Positions 53,813 through 64,000 of a stretch of DNA of 64,000 nucleotides are shown here, one piece after another. Position numbers and translations under genes: made by a program. Source of the stretch: Candidatus Cloacimonadales bacterium (GTDB lineage: Bacteria > Cloacimonadota > Cloacimonadia > Cloacimonadales > JAIOQZ01); assembly GCA_963674825.1 (NCBI GenBank), contig OY771587.1:448001-512000 (forward strand). Direction: 5' to 3'. The notes beneath the pieces were generated by a model. It was given only the letters and a program-made list of their open reading frames with translations, made no database searches and was not told the origin of the DNA. The stretch's first letter is position 1. Each line of letters begins with the position of its first letter.

Positions 53813-56800
53813 CTAAAAGTCAGTGTGCGAATCATCGTATCCATCATCCATCGGCAGGACGATTTCGATGTCGTCGCCAGCGTATTTATTACTTGATTTT
53901 CCGGTGCTTGGAGCTGGTGGGAGCGACTTTCTCTTCGCAGGAGCCGGAATACTCGGACCGCGGTCTTCGAAACGGCGACCTGCTCCGGTGTTCATCGACT
54001 GGCTCAATTGGAATTCCTGAACCATCGAGCGAAGTTCGGCAGCCTGTGAGTTCAGCTCTTCAGCAGCACTTGCGGATTCCTCGGCGTTCGCCGCGTTACC
54101 TTGGGTAACCTTGTTCAGCTCGCCGACCGCTACATTCACCTGACGAATGCCTTCCGATTGTTCATCGGACGACACAGAGATTTCCTTAACGATATTGTTC
54201 ACCTTAGTGAAACTTGCTTGGATGTCTCCGAACGACTGGGTTACTTCTTCAACGATCTTCGCGCCGTCTTCGGAATTCTTCAGCGAGGTTTCGATCAGTT
54301 CGTCGGTGTTCTTGGCTGCTTCAGCGCTACGCAGCGCGAGGTTCTTCACCTCTTCCGCCACGACAGCGAAGCCCTTGCCTGCCTCTCCTGCATGCGCAGC
54401 TTCCACAGCGGCATTCAGTGCGAGGAGATTGGTCTGGAACGCGATATCGTTGATCGTCTTAATGATGTTGCTGGTTTCATGCGCCGATTGAGTAATCGCC
54501 GCCATTGCACTATTCATACGGGACATCGCGCTGTTTCCGGAATGTACATGTTTCAGGGATTGCTCGGAAAGAACCATTCCCTGTTTTGCATTCTCTGCGT
54601 TGTTCAGCGTGAGTGAGTTCATCTGCTCGAGGCTGGATGCGATTTCTTCCAGCGAGCTTGCCTGTTCGGATGAACCGGAAGCCAACGATTGGCTACCGTT
54701 CGAGATCTCACCCGATGCTGAAGAAATCTGCTGAACCGCACGATCGACCTGAGTCAGTGCGTCCTCTAAGTTATCACCCGCATTATTGATATTCTGTTTG
54801 AATTCGTTGAGATCGCCCTTATAGTTTCCGCGAACTCGAGCTGTCATGTTCTTGCTTGCCAGTTCGCTCATGACATTCATTGCTTCAGTCAACGGGTTGA
54901 CAACCGCGTCGAGCAGCCTGTTGATACCTTCCACGAGTTCCTGGTAAGCGCCTTTGTGTTTCGCGGCATTCGCACGTTTTTTCAATCTGCCGTCGGTCGC
55001 CGACTGGACAAGTTCCTGAGCGTCGTTGATAAGCTGCCCAAGAGCACCCTTCACGTCTGCAAGACTCTGATTGATTGCCTGGAAGCGCTTTCCAGTCTCT
55101 TCGGTATCTTTATCAGTCGATCCAACAGATGTCTCGAAGTTCACATCGCCATCTGCAAGAAGTTCCAGACGACCCAGAACCTTTTTAACTTCCACTTCCT
55201 GATAGGCGTTAATTTTTTCTGTTATCCGTTGAGCGGTTCTGATTACCGTAAGATCGGTTACTACCTCAAGTGCACCAACGATATCACCCTGACGATTCCG
55301 AACAGGAAGTCCACGGTATTCGATATCGAGATTCTTGCCCATCGGGTGTGCTTTGGTCTCACTCTGCATTGCGGCACCTGATCTCATGCACTTGCCAAGC
55401 GCGCACTTCTCGTTATTACAGTCATCCGTCTTGATATGATCGTAGCATTTCTGTCCAACAAGACTCTGTTGCGTTTTTCCGACCATTTCAGCGCCGCTCT
55501 TGTTCATGAACTGGATATTGAAGTTTTTATCAACAATCATATTGGGAGTTGGTGACATGTCGATGATTCCAATGATCGTATCGACGACTTCATTCACACC
55601 GGCCATGAGATTTTGATAGCTACCCTCGTGACGCTTTGCATCAGCGCGGGTCATGAGCTTACCAACAACAAGATCATTTACCAGTTGATCCACGTCGTCC
55701 AGCATACCGTTCAGCGTTGTGATACACTGGTTCAGGTTGTCTTTGATCTCGTTGAAATCGCCATTGTACTTGTCGGTAATCAGCGGAGGCATGATACCTC
55801 TGGATATCTTGCCAACGTAGTCAAGTGTAACATTGATCGGTTTGACGAAGGCTTCGATTAAGCTGTTGATACCGTTAACTGAATCGGTAAAATCCCGTCC
55901 AACCGTGGAGGAATCAAGGCGATCTTTCAACTGGCCTTGGATTACAGCATCAATGACGCTTTGAATCTGGGCATTTACACCCTTGATCTGCTTACCAATC
56001 GAATGTCCGAGATAAATTCCGATAAGTGTGAAGATTACACCAAGAACCAGCGCGGTTATAATAATGGTGATCAACATTTTGTGGACAGGGGCCAGGGCTT
56101 CGGAAGCATAAGAACCCATCGCGATTGACCAGGTTGTGCCTTCGATTGGAGAGTATCCCATATATCGGACTTCACCCTCGTAAAAGTAGTTACCTGTACC
56201 AAGCTTGCCATTGATCATCTCAGTCATAACCATCGCAAGTTCTTTAAATTTGGCATCTTTCTTAGATTCATTGATATAGTTGACCTGATTAAGAATCAAA
56301 TCTGCATTCTTGTGGCCAACCATAGTCCCTTCCGAATCAATAACAAAGGAGTAGCCCTTCTCACCATATGAAAGGCTATTTGTGATATCTGTAAGAAACG
56401 TTCCCGGAAGTCTTCCGATTAATACTCCCTGGATTTGTCGGTTGGAATTACGTATTGGAGTTGCAACAATGAATACTACCTGATTGGTCGCACGGCTGAC
56501 GATCGCATCGCTTATTACCGTTTTTCCGGCTAACGCATCTTTAAAATATTTGCGATCACTTACATCAAGCTGCTTTCCGTCAGGATACGTTGCATTTCCT
56601 GATTGATCTACAACTGCCATACCGATGAATTGAGTTGCACTCACTTCCTTTATCATTGCTGAGCGCTGCTGTTCCCATTCCCAGGATGTCATGACGTTGC
56701 GATCTGCAATTGTTTCAAGCTGTCTTTCAACAACCTCAATGTTTGCCGATACTGCTTTCGAACCAGTTTTGGCCAGTTCGACAAGTGTCAGCTCCAATGC

Positions 56801-56917
56801 ATTGATCAACGCCTTGGATGACGACATATAATTGATCGTGCCAAGTATCAGTACGATTGACAGTACTACCCCGACAATCAGTATCAGCACTTTGTTGCCA
56901 ATTGTGAGACCTTTCAT
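53813..56917 (-). CDS. Methyl-accepting chemotaxis protein (dCache, HAMPs, PAS, MA)
   Basis: DVSDRKYF...GYSFVIDSEG..VGH (dCache); same PAS domain and signalling tip as the paralogs at 8-17.6 kb. Confidence 0.93.
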   Translation of the reverse strand: MKGLTIGNKVLILIVGVVLSIVLILGTINYMSSSKALINALELTLVELAKTGSKAVSANIEVVERQLETIADRNVMTSWEWEQQRSAMIKEVSATQFIGMAVVDQSGNATYPDGKQLDVSDRKYFKDALAGKTVISDAIVSRATNQVVFIVATPIRNSNRQIQGVLIGRLPGTFLTDITNSLSYGEKGYSFVIDSEGTMVGHKNADLILNQVNYINESKKDAKFKELAMVMTEMINGKLGTGNYFYEGEVRYMGYSPIEGTTWSIAMGSYASEALAPVHKMLITIIITALVLGVIFTLIGIYLGHSIGKQIKGVNAQIQSVIDAVIQGQLKDRLDSSTVGRDFTDSVNGINSLIEAFVKPINVTLDYVGKISRGIMPPLITDKYNGDFNEIKDNLNQCITTLNGMLDDVDQLVNDLVVGKLMTRADAKRHEGSYQNLMAGVNEVVDTIIGIIDMSPTPNMIVDKNFNIQFMNKSGAEMVGKTQQSLVGQKCYDHIKTDDCNNEKCALGKCMRSGAAMQSETKAHPMGKNLDIEYRGLPVRNRQGDIVGALEVVTDLTVIRTAQRITEKINAYQEVEVKKVLGRLELLADGDVNFETSVGSTDKDTEETGKRFQAINQSLADVKGALGQLINDAQELVQSATDGRLKKRANAAKHKGAYQELVEGINRLLDAVVNPLTEAMNVMSELASKNMTARVRGNYKGDLNEFKQNINNAGDNLEDALTQVDRAVQQISSASGEISNGSQSLASGSSEQASSLEEIASSLEQMNSLTLNNAENAKQGMVLSEQSLKHVHSGNSAMSRMNSAMAAITQSAHETSNIIKTINDIAFQTNLLALNAAVEAAHAGEAGKGFAVVAEEVKNLALRSAEAAKNTDELIETSLKNSEDGAKIVEEVTQSFGDIQASFTKVNNIVKEISVSSDEQSEGIRQVNVAVGELNKVTQGNAANAEESASAAEELNSQAAELRSMVQEFQLSQSMNTGAGRRFEDRGPSIPAPAKRKSLPPAPSTGKSSNKYAGDDIEIVLPMDDGYDDSHTDF

Positions 56918-56956
56918 TATTTGCTCCTTACGTCTATAAAATTTACTTGTATTTGC

Positions 56957-57454
56957 CTATTTCTTCTGGCTGGCTTGCAGTTCCCGCATCTCGGTCAATT
57001 CCTTGCGTGAGAGTATCCGACCTGTATCGAGAAGGGTTATCACCTTCCCCTTGATCTTCGCCATACCTTCTATATAGTTATTATCGATGCTGGAACTCAT
57101 CGTCGGTAATTCGTCGATGAGCTGATCGTCGATATCGATAACCTCAAGCACATTATCCACAATCATTCCGATGATCACTTCGCTACCCTGCACCGGTACT
57201 TTCACCACGATAATGCTTGTGCGGTCGTCATATTCGCGTTCCGGCAGGTTAAGCCTCAACCGGAGATCCATTACAGGCGTGATTCGTCCGCTTCGATTGA
57301 TTACACCTTTGATATACGGCGGTGTTTGTGGTATTGGTGTGATTTCAGGAATTGCAATGATCTGGACAATGTTATCAACATTGATACCGTATGGCTGTTC
57401 TTTAAGGAAAAAGGCGAGAAACTTGATGTTGTTCTGGCTGACGTGATCGTCCAC
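56957..57454 (-). CDS. cheW: Chemotaxis coupling protein CheW
   Basis: Close paralog of 17654-18157; GTG start with AGGAGG RBS. Confidence 0.93.
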   Translation of the reverse strand: MDDHVSQNNIKFLAFFLKEQPYGINVDNIVQIIAIPEITPIPQTPPYIKGVINRSGRITPVMDLRLRLNLPEREYDDRTSIIVVKVPVQGSEVIIGMIVDNVLEVIDIDDQLIDELPTMSSSIDNNYIEGMAKIKGKVITLLDTGRILSRKELTEMRELQASQKK

Positions 57455-58083
57455 AAAACCTCCTGACGTGATAGGATTTTTTTTCTAGATAGCTGTTTGA
57501 ACCTGTTTTCGCAGATTAGCTCCTGCTGATAATAATCACCCCGGCATTGGACTGCATTAACGAATTTGATTCTCATGATCTCGGCTGCATTTCATAAAAA
57601 TGCATTCACATTTCAACGTCACCATTCATCAATTAACCTAATCCGATCTTTGAAATTTGCAAGGAGAAAAAAATGAACATTCCAGCTCTATATCTTCATA
57701 CAAACACAGTAACGAGACATGATGAGCGATTAAATCGTACTTCATTTCAAAATCTAACCAATTCGAATGTGAATCTACATTAAGGCTATCGTAAAGGTCT
57801 GTTCTCAGTTAGCTCATTCTGAATGAATTTCGTGCTGTTTCTTCATATAAGGACTGATACCAACAAATCGGATAATTTCCTTTTTTCTCTGCAATTATTT
57901 TCTCAGTAAAATTTGATCGAATCAGTTTACGTGATGGAGTACCAAGGAATAATTTGACAAATATCAAAGCGCACCTTGAGAATGTCGTGAAGCATTATCT
58001 ATCTCATTGTTCCGAATCAGTGGATATATCCGGACGTATTAACGCTTGAATTTTCCTACCGGAAGATCGTAAAGGAGGCAACA

Positions 58084-59166
58084 TTGACAGGTAGAAATAC
58101 GCTGTATCTAATAGTCTCGCTCATTTCCCTACTTCTTATCACGTCATGCGGTAAGAAATCAGATCGGAATGATACCACTCAACCCGACCGCATAAAGATC
58201 GGCCTCGCTCTTGGATACGACGGCATTGGCGACATGGCTTTCAATGACATGCAATACCGTGGTCTTATCCAGGCAAAGCACAAGTACCCGATCGACGTGG
58301 TTTATAAAGTCCCAAAACATGAGAGCGACGATGACCAGGGTCAATGCATTCAGGAACTGATTGATGAAAAATGTGATTTAATCTTCTCATCTGGAATCTT
58401 TTCTATCAATGGTATTAAACACTTTGCGCCGGATCACCCTGAAATCCGATTCGTCCTTCTGGATAATCCCATCAAAGGGTTTGAAAACGTCACATCGGTT
58501 ATCTACGCACAGCACGAAGGCTCGTTCTTGGTCGGATATTTAGCCGGTCGTTTTACAAGAACAGGAAAAGTTGGGTTCATTGGCGGCGTGGATATTCCTG
58601 TGATCAAGGCCTTTTACCAAGGATACAAAGAGGGCATCGAATATGCCAATCCCAACGTCGTTATCGATGTGAAGTACTGTAGCTTCTCTCCTGATTTTTC
58701 AGGTTTTAATAACCCCGAAAAAGGGCACACCCTCGCCAATGAGATGTACGATCGTGGTGTCGATGTCATCTATAACGTCGCCAGCGCTTCTGGAAACGGT
58801 ATTATCACCGCTGCAAGCGAACGCGGTAAATATGTAATCGGTGTCGATTCCAATCAGGACGCCCTGGCCAAGGGATACGTCCTGACAAGCATGATGAAAC
58901 GGCTCGATCTTTCCATTACTGACATCGTAGGAAAATATTTAAACAACGAACTCGTAGGCGACTCTATCTACGTTTACGGATTGAAAAACAACGGTGTCTC
59001 CCTCACCGATATGGAATTCACTCGTGATTTCATTGGTGATCAGACGATCGAAGAACTCGAAAAAATCAAAGAAAAGATCATAGACGGCAAGATTATCGTA
59101 ACCAATCTCCATGAGGAATACCTGAAGGACTACCTTGATGAACAGAATGAGGAAATTGAAAAATAA
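58084..59166 (+). CDS. BMP/PnrA-family substrate-binding lipoprotein
   Basis: Lipobox LLITSC; GIGDMAFN, EGSFLVG, KVGFIGG, IGVDSNQD, SMMKR; TTG start with AGGAGG RBS. Confidence 0.88.
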   Translation: MTGRNTLYLIVSLISLLLITSCGKKSDRNDTTQPDRIKIGLALGYDGIGDMAFNDMQYRGLIQAKHKYPIDVVYKVPKHESDDDQGQCIQELIDEKCDLIFSSGIFSINGIKHFAPDHPEIRFVLLDNPIKGFENVTSVIYAQHEGSFLVGYLAGRFTRTGKVGFIGGVDIPVIKAFYQGYKEGIEYANPNVVIDVKYCSFSPDFSGFNNPEKGHTLANEMYDRGVDVIYNVASASGNGIITAASERGKYVIGVDSNQDALAKGYVLTSMMKRLDLSITDIVGKYLNNELVGDSIYVYGLKNNGVSLTDMEFTRDFIGDQTIEELEKIKEKIIDGKIIVTNLHEEYLKDYLDEQNEEIEK

Positions 59167-61939
59167 CCTGTTTGCCAAATTCATCCTGACAATCAGCCTC
59201 TTGCTGGTGTCTTTTTTCTTCATCTTCGGCACAATACTGGTTCAGATTCTGGAAAACAGCATCCTTGATGAGGTGGAAAAAGGCACAGACAAACTCACGA
59301 AATCAATAGCCATGATCAGCGCTCCATATATCGCAAACTATACATATATGTCTTTGGAACAGAGCACATTGCAGCTTCAATCGGAACAAGATGGGCAGCT
59401 CGATATCCTATCTGTGCAGATCTTTGACGCGAATGGCTTTAAGCTAAACCTGAGCGGTACTGATACAAACAACATCAAAGTCCCCCGTAAATACTGGCTC
59501 ATCAAGAACGCGCCGTGCTTCATCAAGGATATTCACGGTAACGAAAAGCGCGTTGGTTATGTGCGAATCGTCTTCTCCCTTCAGTCGGCCATCGAACGCG
59601 TGCTGACATTCCGAATGTTCTTTATCATCGCAGTTGTGTTCATTATCGTGCTTCTCGATTTCCTGGTGATTCTGTTACTTTCAAAAACCGTTATCCGGCC
59701 TATCAATCGCTTGAAGCAAGCCGCTACGAAGCTCTCCGAGCGAGATTTTGATATCAAGTTCAATAATACACCTAAGGACGAACTTGGTTTCCTCATGAAT
59801 TCGTTCCAACAGATGGGGCATGATCTGAAAGAAAGTTTTAATACCATTCAGCAGCAATACCGCCAACTCCAGATCGACCACGATGAGATCAAGAAGAGCG
59901 AAGAGACCTTCTCGCTGTTGAACCAGTGCTTCCTCGAACTGGGTCCAAATTCGGAAGACAACATCAACCTCATTGCCCAGACAGCCGGCAATATGCTGAA
60001 AGGCGAGTTCGTGCTCTACAATCGTTATAACGAAGATACGAAGTTGATACAAATTCGCGGCTCCTGGAATTCGCCATCAGAGATCGGACCAACCATCGAC
60101 CCTGAAGGTAAAATATGCTACGATGTAATCACTGGAAAAAGTGATGAAGTAATGGCAGTAGAAAACCTGGAAGAGCATAAATCCTGGGGAACGGATCCGA
60201 TACTGAAAAAATACGGGATTAAATCGTATCTTGGTGTCCCCGTCACCTTGCACGATCGCATCGTCGGTTGCCTGAGCCTGTTCGATTGCAAAAACCGCAT
60301 TTTCAAGCCTGAAGAAATCAAAGCGATGTCAATGCTCGCGCAAGCTTTGCGAAACGAAGAAGAACGTGTGAGTTCCGCCCGTGAGCTGAGAGAGACACGT
60401 AACTACCTTCGCAACGTTTTCGATTCTCTCTCTTCATCGCTCATCACGATCGATGAAAACGATACCGTCATCGAATGGAACAACGAAGCCGACCGAACCT
60501 TCAAGCTTTCCGATATCAACAACGAAACGATGGACCTCTGGCAACTGATCCCAGCGCTGAACAAAGTAAAAACGCGGATCAAGCGCGCGATTGATCAGCA
60601 AGAGCCCATCAGCATGTATCGCATCGGTGTTAAGCTCGACGATATGCAATATTTCGATCTGTCGGTAGTTCCGCTGACACTCAGGGAAGCGAAGGGTACC
60701 GTTATCAGGCTCGATAACGTTACTGATCTGGTGAAGAAGGACAACCAGCTCCTCCAGGCCCAGAAGATGGAGACCGTCGGCAATCTTGCCGGTGGACTGG
60801 CCCACGACTTCAACAACGTCCTCTGCGGTGTAACGGCTACGGTTAGCCTGCTTCGCTACTATCTTGAGATGAAAAGCATCGATGATCCGCAGGTGTTCAA
60901 CTACATACGAACCATGGAGCAATCATCCAATAGAGCTTCCGAGATGGTGCAGCAGCTTCTCATGCTTTCCCGAAAACAAGAAGTATCTTATGACGCGATC
61001 AAGCTCAATGACTCCATCAACAACGTCATGGAGATATGCAAGAATACGCTGGATAAATCAATTCATCTTCATTTGGGTGCTATCGCGAACGATGCTTATG
61101 TCACCGCCAACCAGACGCAGATAGAGCAGGTTCTTCTGAACCTCTGCGTGAATTCTTCCCACGCCATGACGATCATGCGTAAACCCCATGACAAAAAAGG
61201 CGGCAGATTGGATGTATCGCTGTACAAGTACTTTGTGGAGAAGAGCTTCAGCTCCTATCACCCGGACGCAAGAGAAGGCTATTACTGGGTCTGCGCCGTA
61301 CACGACGAAGGTGTCGGCATGAGCGACGACGTCCTCAAACGCATCTTCGATCCATTCTTCACGACCAAAGACAGCTCACAGGGAACTGGTCTCGGCCTGG
61401 CGATGGTCTATAACATCGTGAAGATGCACAACGGATTTATCAATGTCTATTCAGAAGAAGGAGTTGGCTCTACGTTTCAAGTCTATCTGCCCGTCCTTTC
61501 ACGTCAAGTTGATGTGGAAGCGCTTGATGTACCCGAAGCTTCGCTTTATCATGGAGAGGGTACCATCCTGGTGGTTGATGACGAAGAGCATGTGCGCTTG
61601 ATCTCCGAAAACATCCTGCGGGAATGCGGCTATGAGGTGATTACTGCCGAAAACGGCCGCGAAGCGCTTCAGATATTGGAGGACAATCCAGATATTAGCC
61701 TGGTTCTACTAGACCTGTCCATGCCGATCATGTCGGGCAAGGAAGCCTTTACCCGAATCAAGGAAATCTACCCGGAGATGAAGGTTATTCTCACTTCCGG
61801 TTTCCGTCAGGATAAGCGCATCAACGAGATTATTAGCGCCGGCGCGGAGCAATTCATCCCGAAACCATTCACCATGGAAGGTCTCACCAAGACTATCTAC
61901 GCAGTGATGAACAGTAAAATAAACGGAGATAACGCATGA
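59138..61939 (+). CDS. Hybrid sensor kinase (TM-sensor-TM, HAMP, GAF, PAS, HisKA, HATPase, REC)
   Basis: DELG HAMP motif, SYLGVP GAF motif, [27 protein letters not shown]; start position uncertain (59135-59147). Confidence 0.9.
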   Translation: MNRMRKLKNNLFAKFILTISLLLVSFFFIFGTILVQILENSILDEVEKGTDKLTKSIAMISAPYIANYTYMSLEQSTLQLQSEQDGQLDILSVQIFDANGFKLNLSGTDTNNIKVPRKYWLIKNAPCFIKDIHGNEKRVGYVRIVFSLQSAIERVLTFRMFFIIAVVFIIVLLDFLVILLLSKTVIRPINRLKQAATKLSERDFDIKFNNTPKDELGFLMNSFQQMGHDLKESFNTIQQQYRQLQIDHDEIKKSEETFSLLNQCFLELGPNSEDNINLIAQTAGNMLKGEFVLYNRYNEDTKLIQIRGSWNSPSEIGPTIDPEGKICYDVITGKSDEVMAVENLEEHKSWGTDPILKKYGIKSYLGVPVTLHDRIVGCLSLFDCKNRIFKPEEIKAMSMLAQALRNEEERVSSARELRETRNYLRNVFDSLSSSLITIDENDTVIEWNNEADRTFKLSDINNETMDLWQLIPALNKVKTRIKRAIDQQEPISMYRIGVKLDDMQYFDLSVVPLTLREAKGTVIRLDNVTDLVKKDNQLLQAQKMETVGNLAGGLAHDFNNVLCGVTATVSLLRYYLEMKSIDDPQVFNYIRTMEQSSNRASEMVQQLLMLSRKQEVSYDAIKLNDSINNVMEICKNTLDKSIHLHLGAIANDAYVTANQTQIEQVLLNLCVNSSHAMTIMRKPHDKKGGRLDVSLYKYFVEKSFSSYHPDAREGYYWVCAVHDEGVGMSDDVLKRIFDPFFTTKDSSQGTGLGLAMVYNIVKMHNGFINVYSEEGVGSTFQVYLPVLSRQVDVEALDVPEASLYHGEGTILVVDDEEHVRLISENILRECGYEVITAENGREALQILEDNPDISLVLLDLSMPIMSGKEAFTRIKEIYPEMKVILTSGFRQDKRINEIISAGAEQFIPKPFTMEGLTKTIYAVMNSKINGDNA

Positions 61940-62694
61940 CCGACAATCCGACCATCCAGCTGATGAAAAACCGTAAATCGATCCGAAAATACACCGACCA
62001 TATACCTAATGACGAAGCAATTCAAGCGCTCGTCGAAGCAGCAATATCAGCACCTTTTGCAGCCCAGACATACAGTATCCTGATGCGCAGGGAGGCATCG
62101 AAAAATCCGATGGGAGCTCCGCTATTCTTTATCTTCTGCGTGGATGCATTCAAACTGGAGAAGATCATGCACAAACGCGGCTGGGAAATGGGCCAAAACG
62201 ACCTCTCCTTCCTCATTCTCGGTATTCAGGATACGGCCTATGCGGCAGAAAACATGGTCATCGCTGCCGAGAGCATGGGTATGGGAAGCTGTTATCATGG
62301 ATGGGTTCCGTTCATGGCAGAGAAATTCAAAGCATCGTTCGAATTACCGGATCGCGTATTTCCGTTGGTGGGCCTTACTGTAGGTTATCCTGCGGAGAAT
62401 CCGCCTGTACGTCCGCGCTATCCGCTTGCCTACACGCTGCATGAAGACACCTATAAACAGCCGTCGGAAGAGTTGATCGAAGAAGCCATGCGCGTCATGG
62501 ACGAAGGCTATCTCGCACAGGACTACTATCGCAAGGTGAACTACATGGTAAAACTTGACGAAGAGATGGAAGAAACCTTCACGTTCGACACATACAGCTG
62601 GACCGAGCACATCTCACGCAAGAATGGGCTCTGGCATAAGGATATTAACGAAATCCTTCAGCAGATGAAAGCGTGCGGATTCAAGCTAAGTTGA
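61936..62694 (+). CDS. Nitroreductase family protein (NfsA-like)
   Basis: RKSIRKY, AAESMGMGSC, VGYP, RPRYP; ATGA overlap with the kinase stop. Confidence 0.88.
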   Translation: MTDNPTIQLMKNRKSIRKYTDHIPNDEAIQALVEAAISAPFAAQTYSILMRREASKNPMGAPLFFIFCVDAFKLEKIMHKRGWEMGQNDLSFLILGIQDTAYAAENMVIAAESMGMGSCYHGWVPFMAEKFKASFELPDRVFPLVGLTVGYPAENPPVRPRYPLAYTLHEDTYKQPSEELIEEAMRVMDEGYLAQDYYRKVNYMVKLDEEMEETFTFDTYSWTEHISRKNGLWHKDINEILQQMKACGFKLS

Positions 62695-64000
62695 TCAGAA
62701 CCCGATCTTGATTCCCGCCAGGAAGGTCCTTCCCCACTGATACACTGTCTCACGTTCGTGTTCGCCAGTATCTTTGTCCACGATGAAGTTATAATCCCAC
62801 ACATTCTGCGTATCGAATATGTTATCCACTTCCACATAATACTCGATTGTCACACTGTCCATAAGCCAGTGGTGATGCAAATGAAGGTCGAGCCTTTTAT
62901 AATCGGGAAGCCGCTTATTATTTATCGGTGTATCCTGATCTAAATACCATTTTCGAGATGTCTCGGAGAACGTCATCTCCGTGTAAGGCCTGCCACCCAT
63001 GTAACGGAATTTAAGCGAAATCTCAGCCTGATCGGATGGCACAATCCCCAAGAATCCCATGCAGAAAAGCCAGTCGCGGTTTTGAATATACCAGTCGTAT
63101 TGAAGGAAATCGAACTGGTATCCCAGAACGATCGAGAAGACATTTCGGTAATCGAATTCGAAGGGTACGCGCTTATCAGCGTATCTGTAGTCTTTCATGT
63201 AAGCTCTGGAAAGCGAGTATGCAACCGTTCCGAACCAGTTGTTCTGGAGCTTCTTCTGGAGGAAGGCCTCGATACCATAGCTCCACGATTCGCCGCTATT
63301 GAGCGTCCTGCTCGACCAGTCGAGCGTATCCACCGTTGCGTCATGTTCGCGCACAAACATATCGCCGTATTCCTTATAATAGGTCTCAATCCGGAACATG
63401 GCCGCTTCGGAAAGCAGAGCATCCCATCCCAAAACCAGGTGATCTGCGTATTTAGACTTCAGATCCTTGTTACGATCGTCGTACGAGAGCGTTAGGTTAT
63501 CGACCTTCTGGTAGTAGCGACCAAAGCCGAAGCGAAGATTGGAGAACTTTGTGATGCGGTATTTGGCACCAAAGGTAGGTGCGATCGTGGTTTCATCCGT
63601 ATAATCGAAGTAATCCACGCGACCACCGGCCGTGACATTCAGCTTGCCGAAGTTCTTATCCCATTGCAGATAAGCGCCAAGTTGAAGCGTCTGGAAGTCT
63701 TTCCGACTCCAGTCGATATCCCCTTGCCCGAATCCGTCCACACCGAGCGTATCAATGATTTCACCAGTTTCGGTGTCGTAAACAAAGGTTGTATCTGGCC
63801 GGAAATAGAGGTCTGAATCAATATAATCGTATACAATGGAGATTCCCGGCTCGAGCTTCCCGATGTCTGTCTCCGGCAGGAAGTGAGAATACTTGAATCC
63901 AAGCCTGTTTTCATCCGCGATGTATTCGGTCGAGAGGTGTTCGTCGTTCTTCTCACCTTCGATGTAAGTTTGCAGATCCCACCAGCGATGGCTGTTATAG
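62695..64000 (-). CDS. TonB-dependent receptor / outer-membrane beta-barrel (C-terminal part; runs off window end)
   Basis: Frame is open from 63999 to the stop; GRVDY, ETYYK, SYGIE, LPDYKRLD, VDNIFD; terminal Phe (FLAGIKIGF). Confidence 0.85.
   Translation of the reverse strand, partial: YNSHRWWDLQTYIEGEKNDEHLSTEYIADENRLGFKYSHFLPETDIGKLEPGISIVYDYIDSDLYFRPDTTFVYDTETGEIIDTLGVDGFGQGDIDWSRKDFQTLQLGAYLQWDKNFGKLNVTAGGRVDYFDYTDETTIAPTFGAKYRITKFSNLRFGFGRYYQKVDNLTLSYDDRNKDLKSKYADHLVLGWDALLSEAAMFRIETYYKEYGDMFVREHDATVDTLDWSSRTLNSGESWSYGIEAFLQKKLQNNWFGTVAYSLSRAYMKDYRYADKRVPFEFDYRNVFSIVLGYQFDFLQYDWYIQNRDWLFCMGFLGIVPSDQAEISLKFRYMGGRPYTEMTFSETSRKWYLDQDTPINNKRLPDYKRLDLHLHHHWLMDSVTIEYYVEVDNIFDTQNVWDYNFIVDKDTGEHERETVYQWGRTFLAGIKIGF

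Overview
A 64-kb bacterial chromosomal window from an anaerobic diderm. Three secreted proteins carry the YPNPFNP...WDGxD...K(M/A)xxxK FlgD-Ig/T9SS-like C-terminal domain, which suggests Ca. Cloacimonadota or a related FCB-group lineage (inference). Core content: a partial iorA, a four-gene 2-oxoacid:ferredoxin oxidoreductase operon, a tRNA-fMet/Met/Arg operon, rng-rplU-rpmA, lptG and LPS glycosyltransferases, serC, tsaA, PMM/PGM, rdgB and a partial TonB-dependent receptor. Accessory and sensory content: four large paralogous chemoreceptors, two cheW genes, two hybrid kinases and a REC-PP2C regulator. No integrase, transposase or CRISPR array was seen. The most notable observations are: (1) a tandem of three Zn-ribbon-rhomboid genes, two of which have lost the catalytic Ser/His but remain intact; (2) a six-unit hairpin array with a 36/37-bp period, conserved linkers and GCGNAGC-type apices; (3) an unannotated leader-peptide attenuator upstream of a ~1040-aa GNAT gene; (4) a secreted protein with cohesin-dockerin-cohesin modules; (5) an orphan BMP lipoprotein overlapping a hybrid kinase. 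All functional calls come from motif recognition by eye; no searches were run.
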